64,000 nucleotides of DNA from Anaeromyxobacter sp. (GCA_049840735.1 JASGJN010000017.1:64001-128000), one strand, 5' to 3'; positions 10,871 to 22,959 are shown, counted from the first letter of the stretch. The notes: generated by a model not told the origin, from the sequence alone. Numbers and translations are program-made.

Positions 10871-11305
10871 TCACCCCAGCAGCGCGTAGATGCGGCGGTC
10901 CGTGCCGCATCGGCGGCACCGCATGACGTGCACCGAGAGGTCCCGGCCCCGGTGGCGGAAGTACTCCGCCGGATCGCCCGGCGGATGCGTTCGCCCGCCG
11001 CAGGCCAGGCAGGAGTACGTGGCCGTCCGCTGCTCCAGCTCGGCGGCGTGGCGCGCCCGGATGAAGTCGTCCGGGGAGTCGCCCGTCGGAGCCGGCCGGG
11101 GCGGCCGGAGCTGGTGCCACAACCCTGCAATCATGGGCTCCAACGTCCCGGCGCGGAGCATGCCGAGCAGGATGACCGATGCGCCGGCGCAGAGGACGAT
11201 CAGCAGCTGCACCTGGCGCTCGGAGAAGCCGCCGGCCTGTGCCACCACTGGGAACAGGCAGAGCAGGCCGAAGCGGAGCGACGGGCAGAGCCAGGAGGAG
11301 CGCAC
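10871..11305 (-). CDS. Hypothetical membrane protein with C-terminal zinc finger
   Basis: Signal/TM segments then CLAC...CRRC; start uncertain. Confidence 0.55.
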   Translation of the reverse strand: MRSSWLCPSLRFGLLCLFPVVAQAGGFSERQVQLLIVLCAGASVILLGMLRAGTLEPMIAGLWHQLRPPRPAPTGDSPDDFIRARHAAELEQRTATYSCLACGGRTHPPGDPAEYFRHRGRDLSVHVMRCRRCGTDRRIYALLG

Positions 11306-11404
11306 GCCGGGCAGTCTACCTGAACCTGCTGGGCGCGCGGGCCCCACGCCTGCGCCCGACGTTCCGCCTGCCGCCCCTCACCCCGGGTGCGGTAAGGTCG
11401 CGGG

Positions 11405-12993
11405 ATGCTCCGCCACCCTGCCCACCTCCTCGCACCTCTCGCCCTCTGCCTGGCCTGCACCGGCTCGGCCGGCTCCGGCTCCGGCGCGGGCGGCGGCGGG
11501 TGGGGCACGCCCGAGATCCGCCTTCACGCTCCCCCGCCCCTCCGGCTCGACGCCGGCGCTCTATCACCCCGACCTGGTCTCCGAGTACCCGGACGTCGAC
11601 TGGTCCCACCTCGACCGGCTCTACATCCCGGCGGGCGAGTACCGGACCATCCTGCTGGGCGGACTGCCGGCGCGCAGCCCCAGCCGGCCGCTGGTGATCA
11701 CCAACCTGGGCGGCCAGGTGAAGGTGGGCGGGCTGGCCTCGAACTACGTCTTCGTGCTGCGCGGCGGGAAGAACTGGGTGCTCACCGGCCGCCACGACGC
11801 CGTGGCCGGCACCGGCGACGCGGCCTACCCGGGCCACGGCCAGGGCGGCTTCGCCCACAGCCAGGGCACCTACGGCTTCCTCGTCGACGACGCGTTCAGC
11901 AAGGCCGGCCTGAGCGGCCTGGCGGTGGGCGGCGGCGCCTCGGACTTCGAGCTGGACATGCTGGAGGTGACGCGGGCCGAGTTCGCCGGGCTCGTGATCA
12001 AGACCGACAACGACGGCACCGCGACCATGCGCAACGTCCACCTCCACGACCTCTACGTCCACGACGTGGGCTCGGAGGGGATCTACCTGGGCAGCACGCA
12101 GGCCCAGCCCCAGCACGCCTTCGAGGGGCTGCGCATCCACGACAACCGGATCCTGCGCACCGGCACCGAGGCGCTCCAGGTAGGCCAGCTGGGGAGCGGC
12201 TGCGAGAATCCACCACAACGTGCTCGGCCCGGGCGCGGTGCGCTGGCGCTCCGCCTTCCAGCAGTGGCAGGACGGCAACGTGCAGTACGGGCAGCGCTAC
12301 GGCAGCTCCTCGTTCCACCACAACGTGGTCATCGGCGCCGGGGACCTGTTCGTGGAGCTGTTCCCGACGCGGGTGGACGGCGACCCCCGGCGCGCCGCCG
12401 ACGCGGTGACGTTCAGCGACAACTACTTCGCCGACACGTCCTCCTCCGGCGTCTACACCCACGCCGTGGACACGGGGGTGACCATCCGCTTCGAGCGCAA
12501 CAGCTTCCGCGGCTTCCGCTTCAACTACGACGAGGTCTACCCCACCGCCGCCGAGCCCGCCGGCATCTTCTCGGTCGGCTCCGGGTCTCCCAACCCGCAC
12601 GTGCTCCGCGACAACGTGGTGGATGGGCCCTACCGCTTCCTGGCCTGGAGCTCATCGGTGGTCCAGGCCGAGAACAACCTGTCCGCCGCCGTCGCGCAGG
12701 TGCGGTTCCGGGACTTCATGGGCCCGGAGCTGGACGCCGACTACCGCCGCCTGGAGTGGTGGACGCCCCGCGCCACGCTCAGCCCGGACCAGCGGGTGGT
12801 GGTGTATCCGGCCGGCGCCCGGGTGCTGCAGGGCGGCCTCATCTGGGAGGCGCTGGTCGAGAACCAGGAGACGGAGCCGGCCGCCCATCCGGCGACGTGG
12901 CGCCAGCTCGCCCTGCCCGCCGATGACGTGCGCCTGACCGCGGACTCGCCGCACGCCGGGCTGGGGATCCGCTGGCCGGTGCCGGCGCCGTAG
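11405..12993 (+). CDS. Secreted right-handed beta-helix protein with C-terminal carbohydrate-binding-like segment; frameshifts at ~11518 and ~12208
   Basis: Lipobox-like LCLAC; beta-helix repeats (LHDLYVHDVGSEGIYLG, IHDNRILRTGTEALQVG); three frames join cleanly. Confidence 0.7.
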
Positions 12994-13101
12994 CGCTACC
13001 GGCCGCGGCGCGACTGTGGCAAGCCGCGCGGCACCTGGACGCCGGGCGCTTGCGGTTGGGGGCGCGCCTGGTGACCGCACCTCCCGGCCCGAGAAACGCA
13101 C

Positions 13102-14167
13102 GTGCGCCCTGGTCGCAGCCTCGCCCCCGTCTACCTGCTGCTCCTGCTCGCCGCCGCACCCGGCTGCGACTCCCCGCGCCCACCGTCTCCTCCTGCGCGC
13201 GCCTTCTACTCTGGCGGACGCGGCTGGAGCTCTCGCCGGCGGAGCGGGATGCCCTCGAGAAGCTCCACGCCACCCGGCTCTACGTCCGCTTCTTCGACGT
13301 GGAGTGACGCCGAGGGCGCCGGAGGTCAGCCGGTGGCGCCGCTCGCGGCCAAGCCCGGCGCGCTCCCCGGCCGGCGTGGAGGTGGTCCCGGTGGTCTTCC
13401 TGCGCGCGCAGGTCTTCGAGCGCACCCGGCCGTCGGAGCTGGCAGCGCTCGCGGCGCGGACCTGGCGCCAGGTGGGATCGCTCGCCCGGGCGGGCGGACT
13501 CTCCTTCCGCGAGCTGCAGCTCGACTGCGACTGGACCGAGTCTACCCGCGGCGCCTACTTCGCCTTCCTCGAGCAGCTCGACAAGGAGGCGCGGGCGGCC
13601 GGGGTGGCGCTGGGGGCGTCCATCCGCCTCCACCAGGTGATGCCCCGCGAGCGCACCGGCGTGCCACCGGTCGGGCGCGGCATGCTGATGTTCTACAACA
13701 TGGGCCGCCTGTCGGCGGATGCGGACGGCGGCTACATCTTCGACCCGCAGGCGGCCGCCCGCTACACCGCGCGGCTGCGCGAGTACCCGCTGCCGCTCGA
13801 CGTGGCCCTGCCGCTCTGGGCCTGGACCGTGCAGCTCCGCGGCGACGCGGTGGTGGGGCTGCTGCAGGCCACCAATCCCGACGAGCTGCAGGCCATCCCC
13901 TGGCTGGTCCCCGCCGGCCCGGGCCGCTTCACCGCCAGCAAGACCACCTTCCTGCACGGCGCGCTAATCCGCGAGGGCGACGTCCTCAAGGCCGAGCGGA
14001 TCGGCCCCGCCGAAGCCCGGGCAGCCGCCGAGCTGGTGGCCGGCGCCCTCCCACCCCCTGCCGCGGGCGACCACCCCCGCGCCGTCGCCCTGTTCAATCT
14101 GTCCGAGAGGAACCTCGCACGCCATGGCCAGCCCAGCCTCGACCAGCTCTTTCCGCTCTTCCAGTAG
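13102..14167 (+). CDS. GH18-like TIM-barrel protein (DUF3142-like); frameshifts at ~13210, ~13305, ~13368
   Basis: Reconstructed AFYxWRT..LYVRFFDV..ELQLDCDWT..IRLHQV..LMFYNMG..YPLPLDVALP. Confidence 0.65.
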
Positions 14168-16303
14168 CTTCGCCGCGGTCGCCGCCCTGGCTGCGGTCCT
14201 CACGGCCCTCCCCCCGGCTCCAGCGCGGGCCTGCGGTGGCGGCGAGGGTGACATCCGCGAGGAGACCACCTTCGACCCGGCGGTGCTCGGAGACGCCCAG
14301 CTGGCCGGGCTCTTCTACAATCCCTACACCGAGGGCTGGGGCGAGCCCTGCTCCGGGGACTGCGCGCGCCAGGAGCTGCTGGCGGACTGGGCGCCGTACC
14401 TGGCAGGCGTGGACCCCAAGGACTGGGCGAAGGCGCTGTTCGACGCCGATCTCCAGACCATCGACAGCCTCATCTTCCACCTGCAGGGCAAGCAGCCCAA
14501 GCCGCCTGCCGGCTGGGAGAAGAGCTCGCTCACCGCGCTGCCGCCCGACGGCCGTGCCCGGGCCGTGAAGGCGCTCTTCCTGGCCGGCTTCGCTCGCCGC
14601 GTCGAGCCGCTCTCGGGCGAGCAGGACCTCGACTGGTCCGACGACAGCGCGGTGGCCTGGCAGAGGCGCAGCAAGCGGTCTGGCGAGGCGGAGAAGCTGC
14701 AGCGGAGCGGTGAGAAGGCCTTCGCCGCGGCGACCGACCCCTTCCTGCGCCAGCGCTACGGCTTCCTGCTGCTGCGGCTCCGCTTCTATCGCCAGGACTG
14801 GGCCGGCGTGGCGGCGTTCCACAAGGCCAACACCGCGGCGCTGGAGGGGCCGTCGGACAGCCTGAAGTGGCGCGCAAGCCATTACCTGGCCGGCGCGTCC
14901 TGGCGCATGAAGAAGTACGCCGACGCGAACCTGGAGCTGGCCCGCGTGGCGGCCAACGCGCCTCGCCTGGCCGGCAGCGCCGTCCGTGACTTCCACCCCC
15001 ATGGAGGAGGCCGACTGGCAGGCCACGCTCGCCAGGGCGACCACCCCGCAGGAGAAGGCTTGGCTCTGGGCGCTGGTGGGGATCACGCAGGACGGCGCCG
15101 CGGCCATCGACGAGATCGTGAAGCTGGATCCGGGCTCGCGCTGGCTCCCGCTCCTCGCCCTGCGCGAGGTGAATCGGCTCGAGGCCGGGCAGAAGGACCT
15201 GGCCGGACTCGAAAGGCGCTGCCTGGACCTCGCCTCACGGAAGGGCGTTGACCGCCCCTGGGTGTTCGAGGCCGTGGCCGGTCACGCGGCCGCCTTGAGA
15301 GGCGATCTCCCGGCCGCGCGCGCCCGCCTGGCCAGCGCCGCCCACCACGCCCCTGCCGGCAATGCGCTGCTGCAGGAGCAGGTCCGCGCCAGCCTGGCGC
15401 TGGCCATCGCCCGCTCCTGGAAGCCGGGCGACGACAAGCTGGGGGCGGAGCTGGTGCAAGTGCTCCCGCCGCTCGGCGAACACGGCTGGAGCGCGCTCTC
15501 GACCGCGGAGACGGAGGTGCGCAAGAGCCTCGCCAAGGCCTGTGCCAGGGCCGGGAACCGTGTCGATGCCGAGCTGTTCTACCCCTTCTCCTCGGTGGGT
15601 CCGGACAAGGCGCACTGGGGCGAGCAGGCCTTCGTGGAGGCGCTGATGAAGCGCCACGCGACGCCCAGGACGCCCTTCGAGCAGTACATGGTGAAGGGCT
15701 CCGGGTTCACCCAGGACGGCCTGCGCGCCGAGCTGGGGCGGCTGCACCTGGTGCACGGGGACTACGCGGCCGCGAAGCAGGCGCTGGCCAGCCTCGCCCA
15801 GGCGCCGAAGCTCGGCGCCCATCCTTTTCGTGATGCACATCGTGGACTGCCACGACTGCGACCAGGAGAAGTACGCCGACGCGCCCTGGACGTTGCCGAG
15901 CTACGCGGCGCGGCTGGCCACGCTGGAGCAGGCCGCAAACGGCCCGGGCGAGGAGGCGGCCAAGGCGGCCTACGAGCTGGGGAGCGGGCTCTACAACCTC
16001 ACCTGGAACGGCAACGCCCGCGCGGCGTTCGACGGCGCCCACCTCGACCGCCCGGACACGACCGCGGCCGAGGCCTGGTTCAAGCGCGCCTACGAGCGCT
16101 CCTCGAACCCCGAGCTCAAGGCCAGGGCCGCCACCATGGCGGCCAAGTGCGAGCTGGCGCGGGACGAGGAGGCGCAGGCGTCGAAGACCTGGTACCCCGC
16201 GCTGCGCGGCCTGGCCGGCACGGCCTACGAGAAGGAGGTCCTCGGTGAGTGCGGCTGGTACCGGGACTGGAAGAGAGGCGGCGCTAGGCCGAGGAAGAAG
16301 TGA
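14124..16303 (+). CDS. Large secreted alpha-helical (TPR-like) protein; frameshifts at ~15000 and ~15823
   Basis: Signal peptide ending ARA-CGGG; FLRQRYGFLLLRLRFY; DCHDCD motif; three ORFs join. Confidence 0.7.
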
Positions 16304-17463
16304 CGCCCTCCTGGCGCCGCCGCCCCTTCCCCAGCGGCTGCGCCAGGGCCACCACCAGCAGCGCCGGGATGGCGGCCAGGTAGGCCGTGCGCAGCTCCAT
16401 CCCGGCGGCGATTCTGCTCCAGGGCCAGGGGCGCGCCCAGCACCGCCACGCCCGAGGCCACCGTGGCCAGCGCAGAGCCGCGCCGCAGGCCCAGCCCGGG
16501 CGTCTCCACCAGGCGCGCCTGCGCCACCGGGTAGAGCGCGGAGATGCCCAGCCCCGCGGCGGTCATGCCCACCGCCACCAGGGCCGGCCCCACCGGCGCG
16601 GTCACCAGCAGCGTCCCGGCCACCGCCAGCGTCACGCCCACCCCCACCGCCGAGAGCCGCCCCAGCGAACGCGGCCCGGCCAGCCGCCCCAGCCCCATGC
16701 CGATGGGGAAGGCAACCGCCGCCGCCGCGGCGCCGGCCTCGCTCAGGCCGCTGTCCTTGAGCCGCGCCGCGCCCCACACCAGGAAGGCGAACTCCGGGCA
16801 GACGGCGGCCACGATGGCCAGCCAGCGGACCGCGACCTGGAACGGCGGGACGTGCTCGTGGACGCCGGGCGAGACCGGGAGCTCGGGCGGCAAGGGATGC
16901 AGCGGCGCGCGCCGCAGCCGGAGCAGCAGCCAGAGCAGGGCCGGCACCGGGGCCAGCAGGGCCAGGCGCCCGTGGCCGGTGAGCCGATCGATGGCCCCCA
17001 GCAGCACCGGCGCTCCCACGCCGGCCAGGCTGCTGGCGGCGTTGACGCGGGTGAGCCGCGCGGCCACCCCCGCGCCGGTGATGAGCGCCGGCGCGGCCAG
17101 CACCACCCCCGCGCCGCCCACGCCGATCAGCAGCGCGCCGGCCTGCGCCGGCAGCACGGCGGGCGCCAGCGCCAGCAGCGCCGAGCCGGCGGCCAGCCCC
17201 AGGCAGCCGACCACCAGCAGCCGAGCCGCCCCCAGGTGCAGCACCGCCCGCCCGCCACCGCCCACCACCAGCAGCGCCACGCCGAAGCCGGCCGAGAGCC
17301 AGGCCAGCTCGCCGCGGGGCACCGCCAGGTCGCGCGAGAGCAGGATCAGGCACCCGCCCAGCCCGCCCAGCAGGTAGCCGAGGCAGGCGAAGGAGACCCC
17401 TACCGCCGCGTCCGCGCGGCCGGCCGCGCCCGGCTCCTCCACCGCCTCGATCTTGGTCGCCAT
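16284..17463 (-). CDS. MFS transporter; frameshift at ~16412
   Basis: Many hydrophobic helices, MGLGRLAG, ALYP; the last TM is restored by removing one base at GATTC. Confidence 0.8.
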
Positions 17464-17508
17464 GTGCGGCGCGGAGTATAGCCCCCTGCCGGTTGGCGCG
17501 CGCCCCAG

Positions 17509-17893
17509 TCAACGCAGCAGGTCCCCCCGCGGCGGCGACCAGGCATCGACGGCCCTGGCCGGCAGCGCCTCCGTCCACGCCGCGTGGGGCGCGTTGGCGG
17601 GCAACGCCAGCACCTCCCCCGGGCCGACCCGCAGCACCGAGCCATCCTCCACCTCGAAGAAGAGCTCTCCCTCCAGCACCAGCGTGATTCTGCTCGGCCT
17701 CGTGCTGGTGCGCCGGGAAGCGCGCCCGCGCCGCCAGCTCGTAGTACGTCAGCATGGCCCGCTGGAGGGCCACGCCCCACATCGCCGCGCCGGGCACGTC
17801 CGGGCGGAGCGGCAGCTGCTCCCGGGTGAAGTGGCGCGACGCGCGCGCCGGAGGGATGGAGGCGGCCGGAGGCGAGTCAGCTGGATCGGACAT
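17509..17893 (-). CDS. Cupin domain protein; frameshift at ~17688
   Basis: FPAHQHEAEQ(I)TLVLEGEL...LPANAPH...DAWSPPR. Confidence 0.85.
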
Positions 17894-18009
17894 GGCGCCA
17901 GGCTAGCGCGGGCCAGGCATCCTTCACATGGCGCGCCTTGCCGCCCTCACGGGCGGTCACACGACCCGGTCTCCCTCGTCTCCGGGGCTGTGCTCCGCGC
18001 GGGCCCGGT

Positions 18010-18831
18010 TCAGCGCTTCGGGTGGGCCAGCAGCCAGGCGTAGACGTCCCCGACCGCCGAGCCGTCGTAGACGCGGGTCCAGACGTCGTGGCCGGCGCCG
18101 GGGAACTCGGTCCACTCGGCGGCGCGCGGCGCCGGCGCGCTGCAGCCCTGCAGCTGCGCGAGCGTGTCGCGGTCGTTGCCGATGCCGACCACCGTGTCGG
18201 CGTCGCCGTGCAGCGACCAGACCGCCACCTCGCCCAGCCCGCACCCCGACCGCCCCCAGGCGCTCCAGCTCGACGCGACCGGGCCGGGATCGCCGGCGAT
18301 GAGCAGCGCCGCGGCCACCCGCTCCCCGCGGTGCTGACCCAGGTAGCCCCAGCCGCCGATGGCGCCGCAGGAGAGGCCGGTGAGCAGCACCTTGCGCGGG
18401 TCGATCCGGTAGGCGTCCACCGCCCAGGCCAGGAAGGCGTCCACCTCGGCCGCCGTGGGGCAGCCGCTGCCGACGTGCTGCGGCGAGAGCACCACCATGC
18501 GCCGCTCCGGCGGCCAGGCGTCGCGCGCGATCAGCTTCGGCGGCCCGTTGCGCGCCACGTTCGCGAGCGCGGTGGTGCCGTCGCCGTTCTCGCCGATGCC
18601 GTGCAGGAAGACCAGCAGCGGCCAGCGCCCGCCGGCGTCGTAGCCGGGCGGCAGGTACTCCAGGAAGCCGCTGGGGGCGCTGGTGCTGCCCAGCGGACGC
18701 GCCTGCTGCCGCGCCGACGAGGGACCGGGGTCGGGCGGGATGGGCGGCAGGCCGTCGCCGCCGTCCACGCCGGCGCAGCCGGCCACGATCGCGCCCAGGA
18801 ACGTGGCCAGGAGCATCACGGGCAGTCGCAT
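18010..18831 (-). CDS. Lipoprotein alpha/beta hydrolase (esterase/peptidase-like)
   Basis: VFLHGIGE, GLSCG nucleophile elbow, HGDAD, GHDVW. Confidence 0.85.
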   Translation of the reverse strand: MRLPVMLLATFLGAIVAGCAGVDGGDGLPPIPPDPGPSSARQQARPLGSTSAPSGFLEYLPPGYDAGGRWPLLVFLHGIGENGDGTTALANVARNGPPKLIARDAWPPERRMVVLSPQHVGSGCPTAAEVDAFLAWAVDAYRIDPRKVLLTGLSCGAIGGWGYLGQHRGERVAAALLIAGDPGPVASSWSAWGRSGCGLGEVAVWSLHGDADTVVGIGNDRDTLAQLQGCSAPAPRAAEWTEFPGAGHDVWTRVYDGSAVGDVYAWLLAHPKR

Positions 18832-18953
18832 GGCGCGAACCTATCACGCTGCGTGCGGCCCCGTCCCGGGTTGGCCTCCGCCGCGCCGCGCCGCGAGGTG
18901 GGGGCAGGCGACGCCAGCGCGCACCCGTCACGGCGCCGGTGTAGGCTTGGGCC

Positions 18954-21206
18954 GTGTCCTGGCTCCCCTTGCTGGCCGCCCTCAGCCTCGCCGCCCCTGC
19001 TCCTCCCCGGCGCCCCGCCGAGCCCGCGCCCGTCCGCGCCGAGCCGCCGGCGGTGCCGCGCCTCGATGGCATCCCCAGCATGGTGGCGGCGGCCCGCTGG
19101 TGCCAGGCGCCGGTCCGGAAGGCGGACGCGGTGGCCTGGGAGCGGCTCAAGGTCAGCTCCGTCTGCTCGATCCTCCTGCAGGCGCCCGGCAACGCCACCG
19201 CGCAGGATTTGATCGCCACGCTGGCCAGCCGAAACCGGCTCTCCAGCGAGTGCGCGCGCCGCGTCCTGGCCGCCACGCAGCTGGGCTGGGTGGTGGCTCA
19301 CACCGAGAACGACCTGCTCGCCTCGCGCGCCTTCGTCGAGGCGGCCCGGGGCTGCCCGGGCAACCCCGCCGTGCTGGCCGAGTTCATGGCCAGCGGCCTG
19401 CCGGACCGCGGCACCTACCTCGACGCGCTGGAGCTGGCCCCGGATCCGGCCGGGCTGGCGGATCAGCTGCTCACCGCGGCGCTGCCCGACCTGCAGGAGG
19501 CAGGCTTCGGCTGGGTCAACGCGCTGCGCGCCGAGCTGCTGGTCCGGCGCAAGGGGGCGGTCGCCGGCGCCGTGGCCTCGCCCGACCTGCCCGACCAGCG
19601 CTCGGCCTACGGCTGGGCCCAGGGGACGGAGCTGGACGCCGTGGCGGTGGAGCTCACGCTGCTCGATCGCCAGCGCCGCGCAGGCGCCGGCGCGGAGGAG
19701 ATCGCCGCCACCGCCGCGCGGGCACTGCGGGCTGCCCTGCCCGGCTGGCCGCTGGCGGCGGCGGACATCTGGGGGCGCCTCCGCCCGGCGGAGCGGCCCC
19801 AGGCCCTGGCGCCCCTGGGCGCCGACAACCTGGACCTTGCCGCGGCGCTGCTGGCCTTCGGGGCGCCGGCCGACGCGCGGGCGCCCTGGGAGGCCTACCT
19901 GGCCGCCGCGGAGGGCACCAAGGACGCGCGCCGCCTGCTGGCGGCGGCGGTGGTGCGAGCCCGGGTCGAGGATCGCCGGCTCGACCTGACCACCCTGCCC
20001 GGCGCGGGCGACACCACCGAGCTGGTGGCCGCGCTGGGCCGGGAGGGGTTCGGGCCGGAGCCGCTCCTCCCGCCCGCCACCGCGCTGGCGGCGCTGCCGC
20101 TGCTGAAGGACGATCCTGGGCTGGCGCGCACGCTGCTGGACGATCCCGGCGGCGACCGCGGCGTGGTGGTGATCCCGCCCGAGCCCGCCGAGCCCTCCAC
20201 GGTAGCGCGCCTCCTCCCGGACGCACGGCGGGCGCTGGCCGCGCTGGAGCAGGCGCAGGACCGTCGCGTGGAGAAGGCCAGGGCGCCGCTGGCGGCGGCC
20301 ACGCCCGCGGAGCAGCGCGTGACCGCCACGGTGGCGCGGCTGCTGCGGGCGCCGCTGCCCGCCCCGTTCACGGCCCGCCCCGTGCCCGGGGCCTCGCCCC
20401 GCACGCTGGTGGTGTCGCGCGAGTGGCTCCGGGCCGAGCCTCCGCGGCCGCCGCGCGGGGCCAGGCCGCGCTTCGCGCTGGAGCTCTCCGGCGACCCGCT
20501 GCTGGACGGCTACCACCTGGTGGAGCGGGGCGCCTCGGGCCAGCCGGTCCGGACCTTCCTCGGCCTGCGTCCCGGGAAGCCGTACGTGATCGCGCCGGAC
20601 GCCACGCCCGAGCTGACCGGCGGGCTCCTGCGCATCCAGGCCACCATCGAGCAGATCGACGATCGGCCCGCCGGAGAGGAGGGCCCCTCGCCGGTGCGCG
20701 TCCGCGGCGGGCCGGTGGTGCTGGAGGCCTCGCTGGACGAGCTGCGGCGTGACACCGACGGCGACGGGCTCACCGATCTCGCCGAGGCCTACCTTGTGAC
20801 CGATCCCGAGGACCGCGACACCGATCGCGACGGGGTCCCGGACGGCGCCGATCTGCTGCCCCAGGTCCCCTCGGCGGCGCAGACGCCCTCGGGCGAGGCG
20901 GTCACGGCGGCCCTGCCGCTGGTCTTCAAGGGGGCGCTGCGGCTCGGCGCCGTCCAGGGCGACCGCTCCGCCTGGCGCGGCGTCAGCCCCCCGTCCCGCG
21001 CCCTCGTGCTGCAGGTGGACGAGCTGGAGCAGGCCCGGCAGAAGCTGGGCTGGTTCGAGCGGGTGGCGCTGTCGCCGGTGCACGTGGCCGCGGACGGCCG
21101 CTCGGCGCTGGTCCGCTACTTCGGCAGATCGAGCGGCGGCAGCTACATCCTGCGCCGCACCGCCACCGGCTGGACCGCCACGGCGCGCGGCGACTGGATG
21201 AAGTGA
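18954..21206 (+). CDS. Secreted hypothetical protein with DTDGDG Ca-binding-type repeats
   Basis: Signal peptide; RDTDGDGLTDLAE...TDP..RDTDRDGVPDG. Confidence 0.65.
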   Translation: MSWLPLLAALSLAAPAPPRRPAEPAPVRAEPPAVPRLDGIPSMVAAARWCQAPVRKADAVAWERLKVSSVCSILLQAPGNATAQDLIATLASRNRLSSECARRVLAATQLGWVVAHTENDLLASRAFVEAARGCPGNPAVLAEFMASGLPDRGTYLDALELAPDPAGLADQLLTAALPDLQEAGFGWVNALRAELLVRRKGAVAGAVASPDLPDQRSAYGWAQGTELDAVAVELTLLDRQRRAGAGAEEIAATAARALRAALPGWPLAAADIWGRLRPAERPQALAPLGADNLDLAAALLAFGAPADARAPWEAYLAAAEGTKDARRLLAAAVVRARVEDRRLDLTTLPGAGDTTELVAALGREGFGPEPLLPPATALAALPLLKDDPGLARTLLDDPGGDRGVVVIPPEPAEPSTVARLLPDARRALAALEQAQDRRVEKARAPLAAATPAEQRVTATVARLLRAPLPAPFTARPVPGASPRTLVVSREWLRAEPPRPPRGARPRFALELSGDPLLDGYHLVERGASGQPVRTFLGLRPGKPYVIAPDATPELTGGLLRIQATIEQIDDRPAGEEGPSPVRVRGGPVVLEASLDELRRDTDGDGLTDLAEAYLVTDPEDRDTDRDGVPDGADLLPQVPSAAQTPSGEAVTAALPLVFKGALRLGAVQGDRSAWRGVSPPSRALVLQVDELEQARQKLGWFERVALSPVHVAADGRSALVRYFGRSSGGSYILRRTATGWTATARGDWMK

Positions 21207-21281
21207 CTCATGGCCGGCGGCTTCGTGCTCCTGCAGGCGCTGCCCACCGTCCACCTCGGCCTCGGCCGCAGCTCCTGAGCG

Positions 21282-21732
21282 TCACCCCTCGCGCGTGAGC
21301 CCGTCCACCATGCGGGCCGCGCTGCGGACCAGCGCCGGGCAGCGGGTCTGGAAGAGCCCCTGCTTCGAGGCAGCCTCGCGCCCACCTGGCGTGCCCAGAT
21401 CTACGCCCAGCAGCTCGCGGCAGACGTCCGAGCCATGCTCGGCCCGGAACCGCGCCAGGAGCGCGTGCGTCTCGGCGTAGGTCCGCTCCCGGGCCGCCTC
21501 GTCCTCGATTCCGGCTCCGCCCGTGCATGAGCCCGAGCGCCATCAGGCCACCGGTGACCGCGCCGCAGGTCGAGCCGGAGCGCGCGATGCCGCCGCCGAA
21601 CGCGCAGGCGACCTTGAGCGCCGCGGGCCGCTCCAGCCCGCCGCGCTCGGCGAAGGCGGCCAGGACGGCCTGGCTGCAGGTGAAGCCCTGCGCGAACAGC
21701 TCGGCGGCGACGTCCTCGGGAGCGGATGACAT
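21282..21732 (-). CDS. C_GCAxxG_C_C family redox-active protein; frameshift at ~21509
   Basis: FTCSQAV, FGGGIARSGSTCGAVTG, VCRELLG, TRCP. Confidence 0.88.
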
Positions 21733-21908
21733 GCACTCCATTGTAGGGGCTCCCGCTCGGGGACCCCCAGCTTTTCCCGCCCGCGACGCTGGAGCCTCGC
21801 ATACAGGCCCTGAGGGACCCAGGCGATGACCTCCCCGCTGGACATCGACCTCGACGACTCGGCGGCCCCTCCGCGACGCAACCTCTTCCTGCAGGGCGTG
21901 GTCGCCTC

Positions 21909-22340
21909 GTGAGCACCCCGGTCCCGCTGAGCGTGCTCGCCGCTCCCGCCGACCACAGCCTGGCGCTCGACTGGCGCGCCGGGCACGAGGGCGAACCGCT
22001 CTACCGCGCCTTGCTGGTCTCGCCGTCGCGCGAGGCGGCGCGGAACGGCCTGGACCCGTCCTGGGGTACCGCTGTGGTGACGCCGGGTGAGTACCAGGGG
22101 GCGCTGGCCGCGGTGGAGCGGAACGGCTTCGACTGGGAGGACGGCGAGCCGCCCTCGGGCGCCAGGGGCTACGTGGCGCGCGTGGACGCGGGCGGCCGGG
22201 TGGCCCACGCCCAGCTGGGCGCCGACGGGCGCACTTTGCGGGCGCTGGAGACCATCGGGCTGGCGCTCCAGCCGGCGCACCGGGGGCTGATGGACCGCGT
22301 GGTCCGGCGGGCCCGGGTGGCGCTGCACACCCTCCCCTGA
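21909..22340 (+). CDS. Hypothetical protein
   Basis: 143-aa ORF with GC3-rich codon usage. Confidence 0.55.
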   Translation: MSTPVPLSVLAAPADHSLALDWRAGHEGEPLYRALLVSPSREAARNGLDPSWGTAVVTPGEYQGALAAVERNGFDWEDGEPPSGARGYVARVDAGGRVAHAQLGADGRTLRALETIGLALQPAHRGLMDRVVRRARVALHTLP

Positions 22341-22383
22341 CCCCCCTCGCCCTCACCTCGGCGCGGCGCAGTACACTGCGGCC

Positions 22384-22959
22384 ATGGCCCTCCCGCTCGA
22401 CCTCGAGGCCCTCCGCGCCGCGCTCCGCGCCGGCCAGTCCTTCCGCTACCGCTTCTTCTGGGGCCACACGCCCGGCGAGGACGGAGCGCTCTCGGACGCG
22501 GTGTTCAGCCAGTGGTGGCCCGCCACCTTCGAGCTGGAGGGGCACGTCTACCGCACCGCCGAGCAGTGGATGATGGCGGAGAAGGCGCGGCTCTCCGGCG
22601 ACGAGGCCACCCGCGCCGCCATCCTGGAGGCGCCCGAGCCGGCCCGGTCCAAGAAGCTGGGGCGCCAGGTGAAGGGGTTCGACGAGGCCCGCTGGGCGGC
22701 CGTCCGGTTCGACCTGGTCACGACCGGCAATCTCGCCAAGTTCGAGCAGGACCCGGCCCTGCGCGCCTACCTGCTCTCGACCGGCGACGACGTGCTGGTC
22801 GAGGCCTCGCCCTTCGACCAGATCTCGGGGATTCGGGCTGGAGGCCGCCTCGCCGGCGGCCCAGGACCCGGCCACCTGGCGTGGCCAGAACCTGCTCGGC
22901 TTCGCGCTCATGCGGACGCGCGCGGTGCTCCGGGCGAGCTGCCGCCACCCCGGCGCTGA
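22384..22959 (+). CDS. NADAR (YbiA-like) family protein; frameshift at ~22832
   Basis: FFWGH, FSQWW, TAEQWMMAEKA, LVEASPFD; GLEA...WRGQNLLGFALM in the shifted frame. Confidence 0.9.
   Translation: MALPLDLEALRAALRAGQSFRYRFFWGHTPGEDGALSDAVFSQWWPATFELEGHVYRTAEQWMMAEKARLSGDEATRAAILEAPEPARSKKLGRQVKGFDEARWAAVRFDLVTTGNLAKFEQDPALRAYLLSTGDDVLVEASPFDQISGIRAGGRLAGGPGPGHLAWPEPARLRAHADARGAPGELPPPRR

Noticed and set aside
13296..13310. In-frame TGA as selenocysteine or readthrough
   Set aside because: The downstream coding sequence continues in a different frame, consistent with lost G bases in TGGGAC
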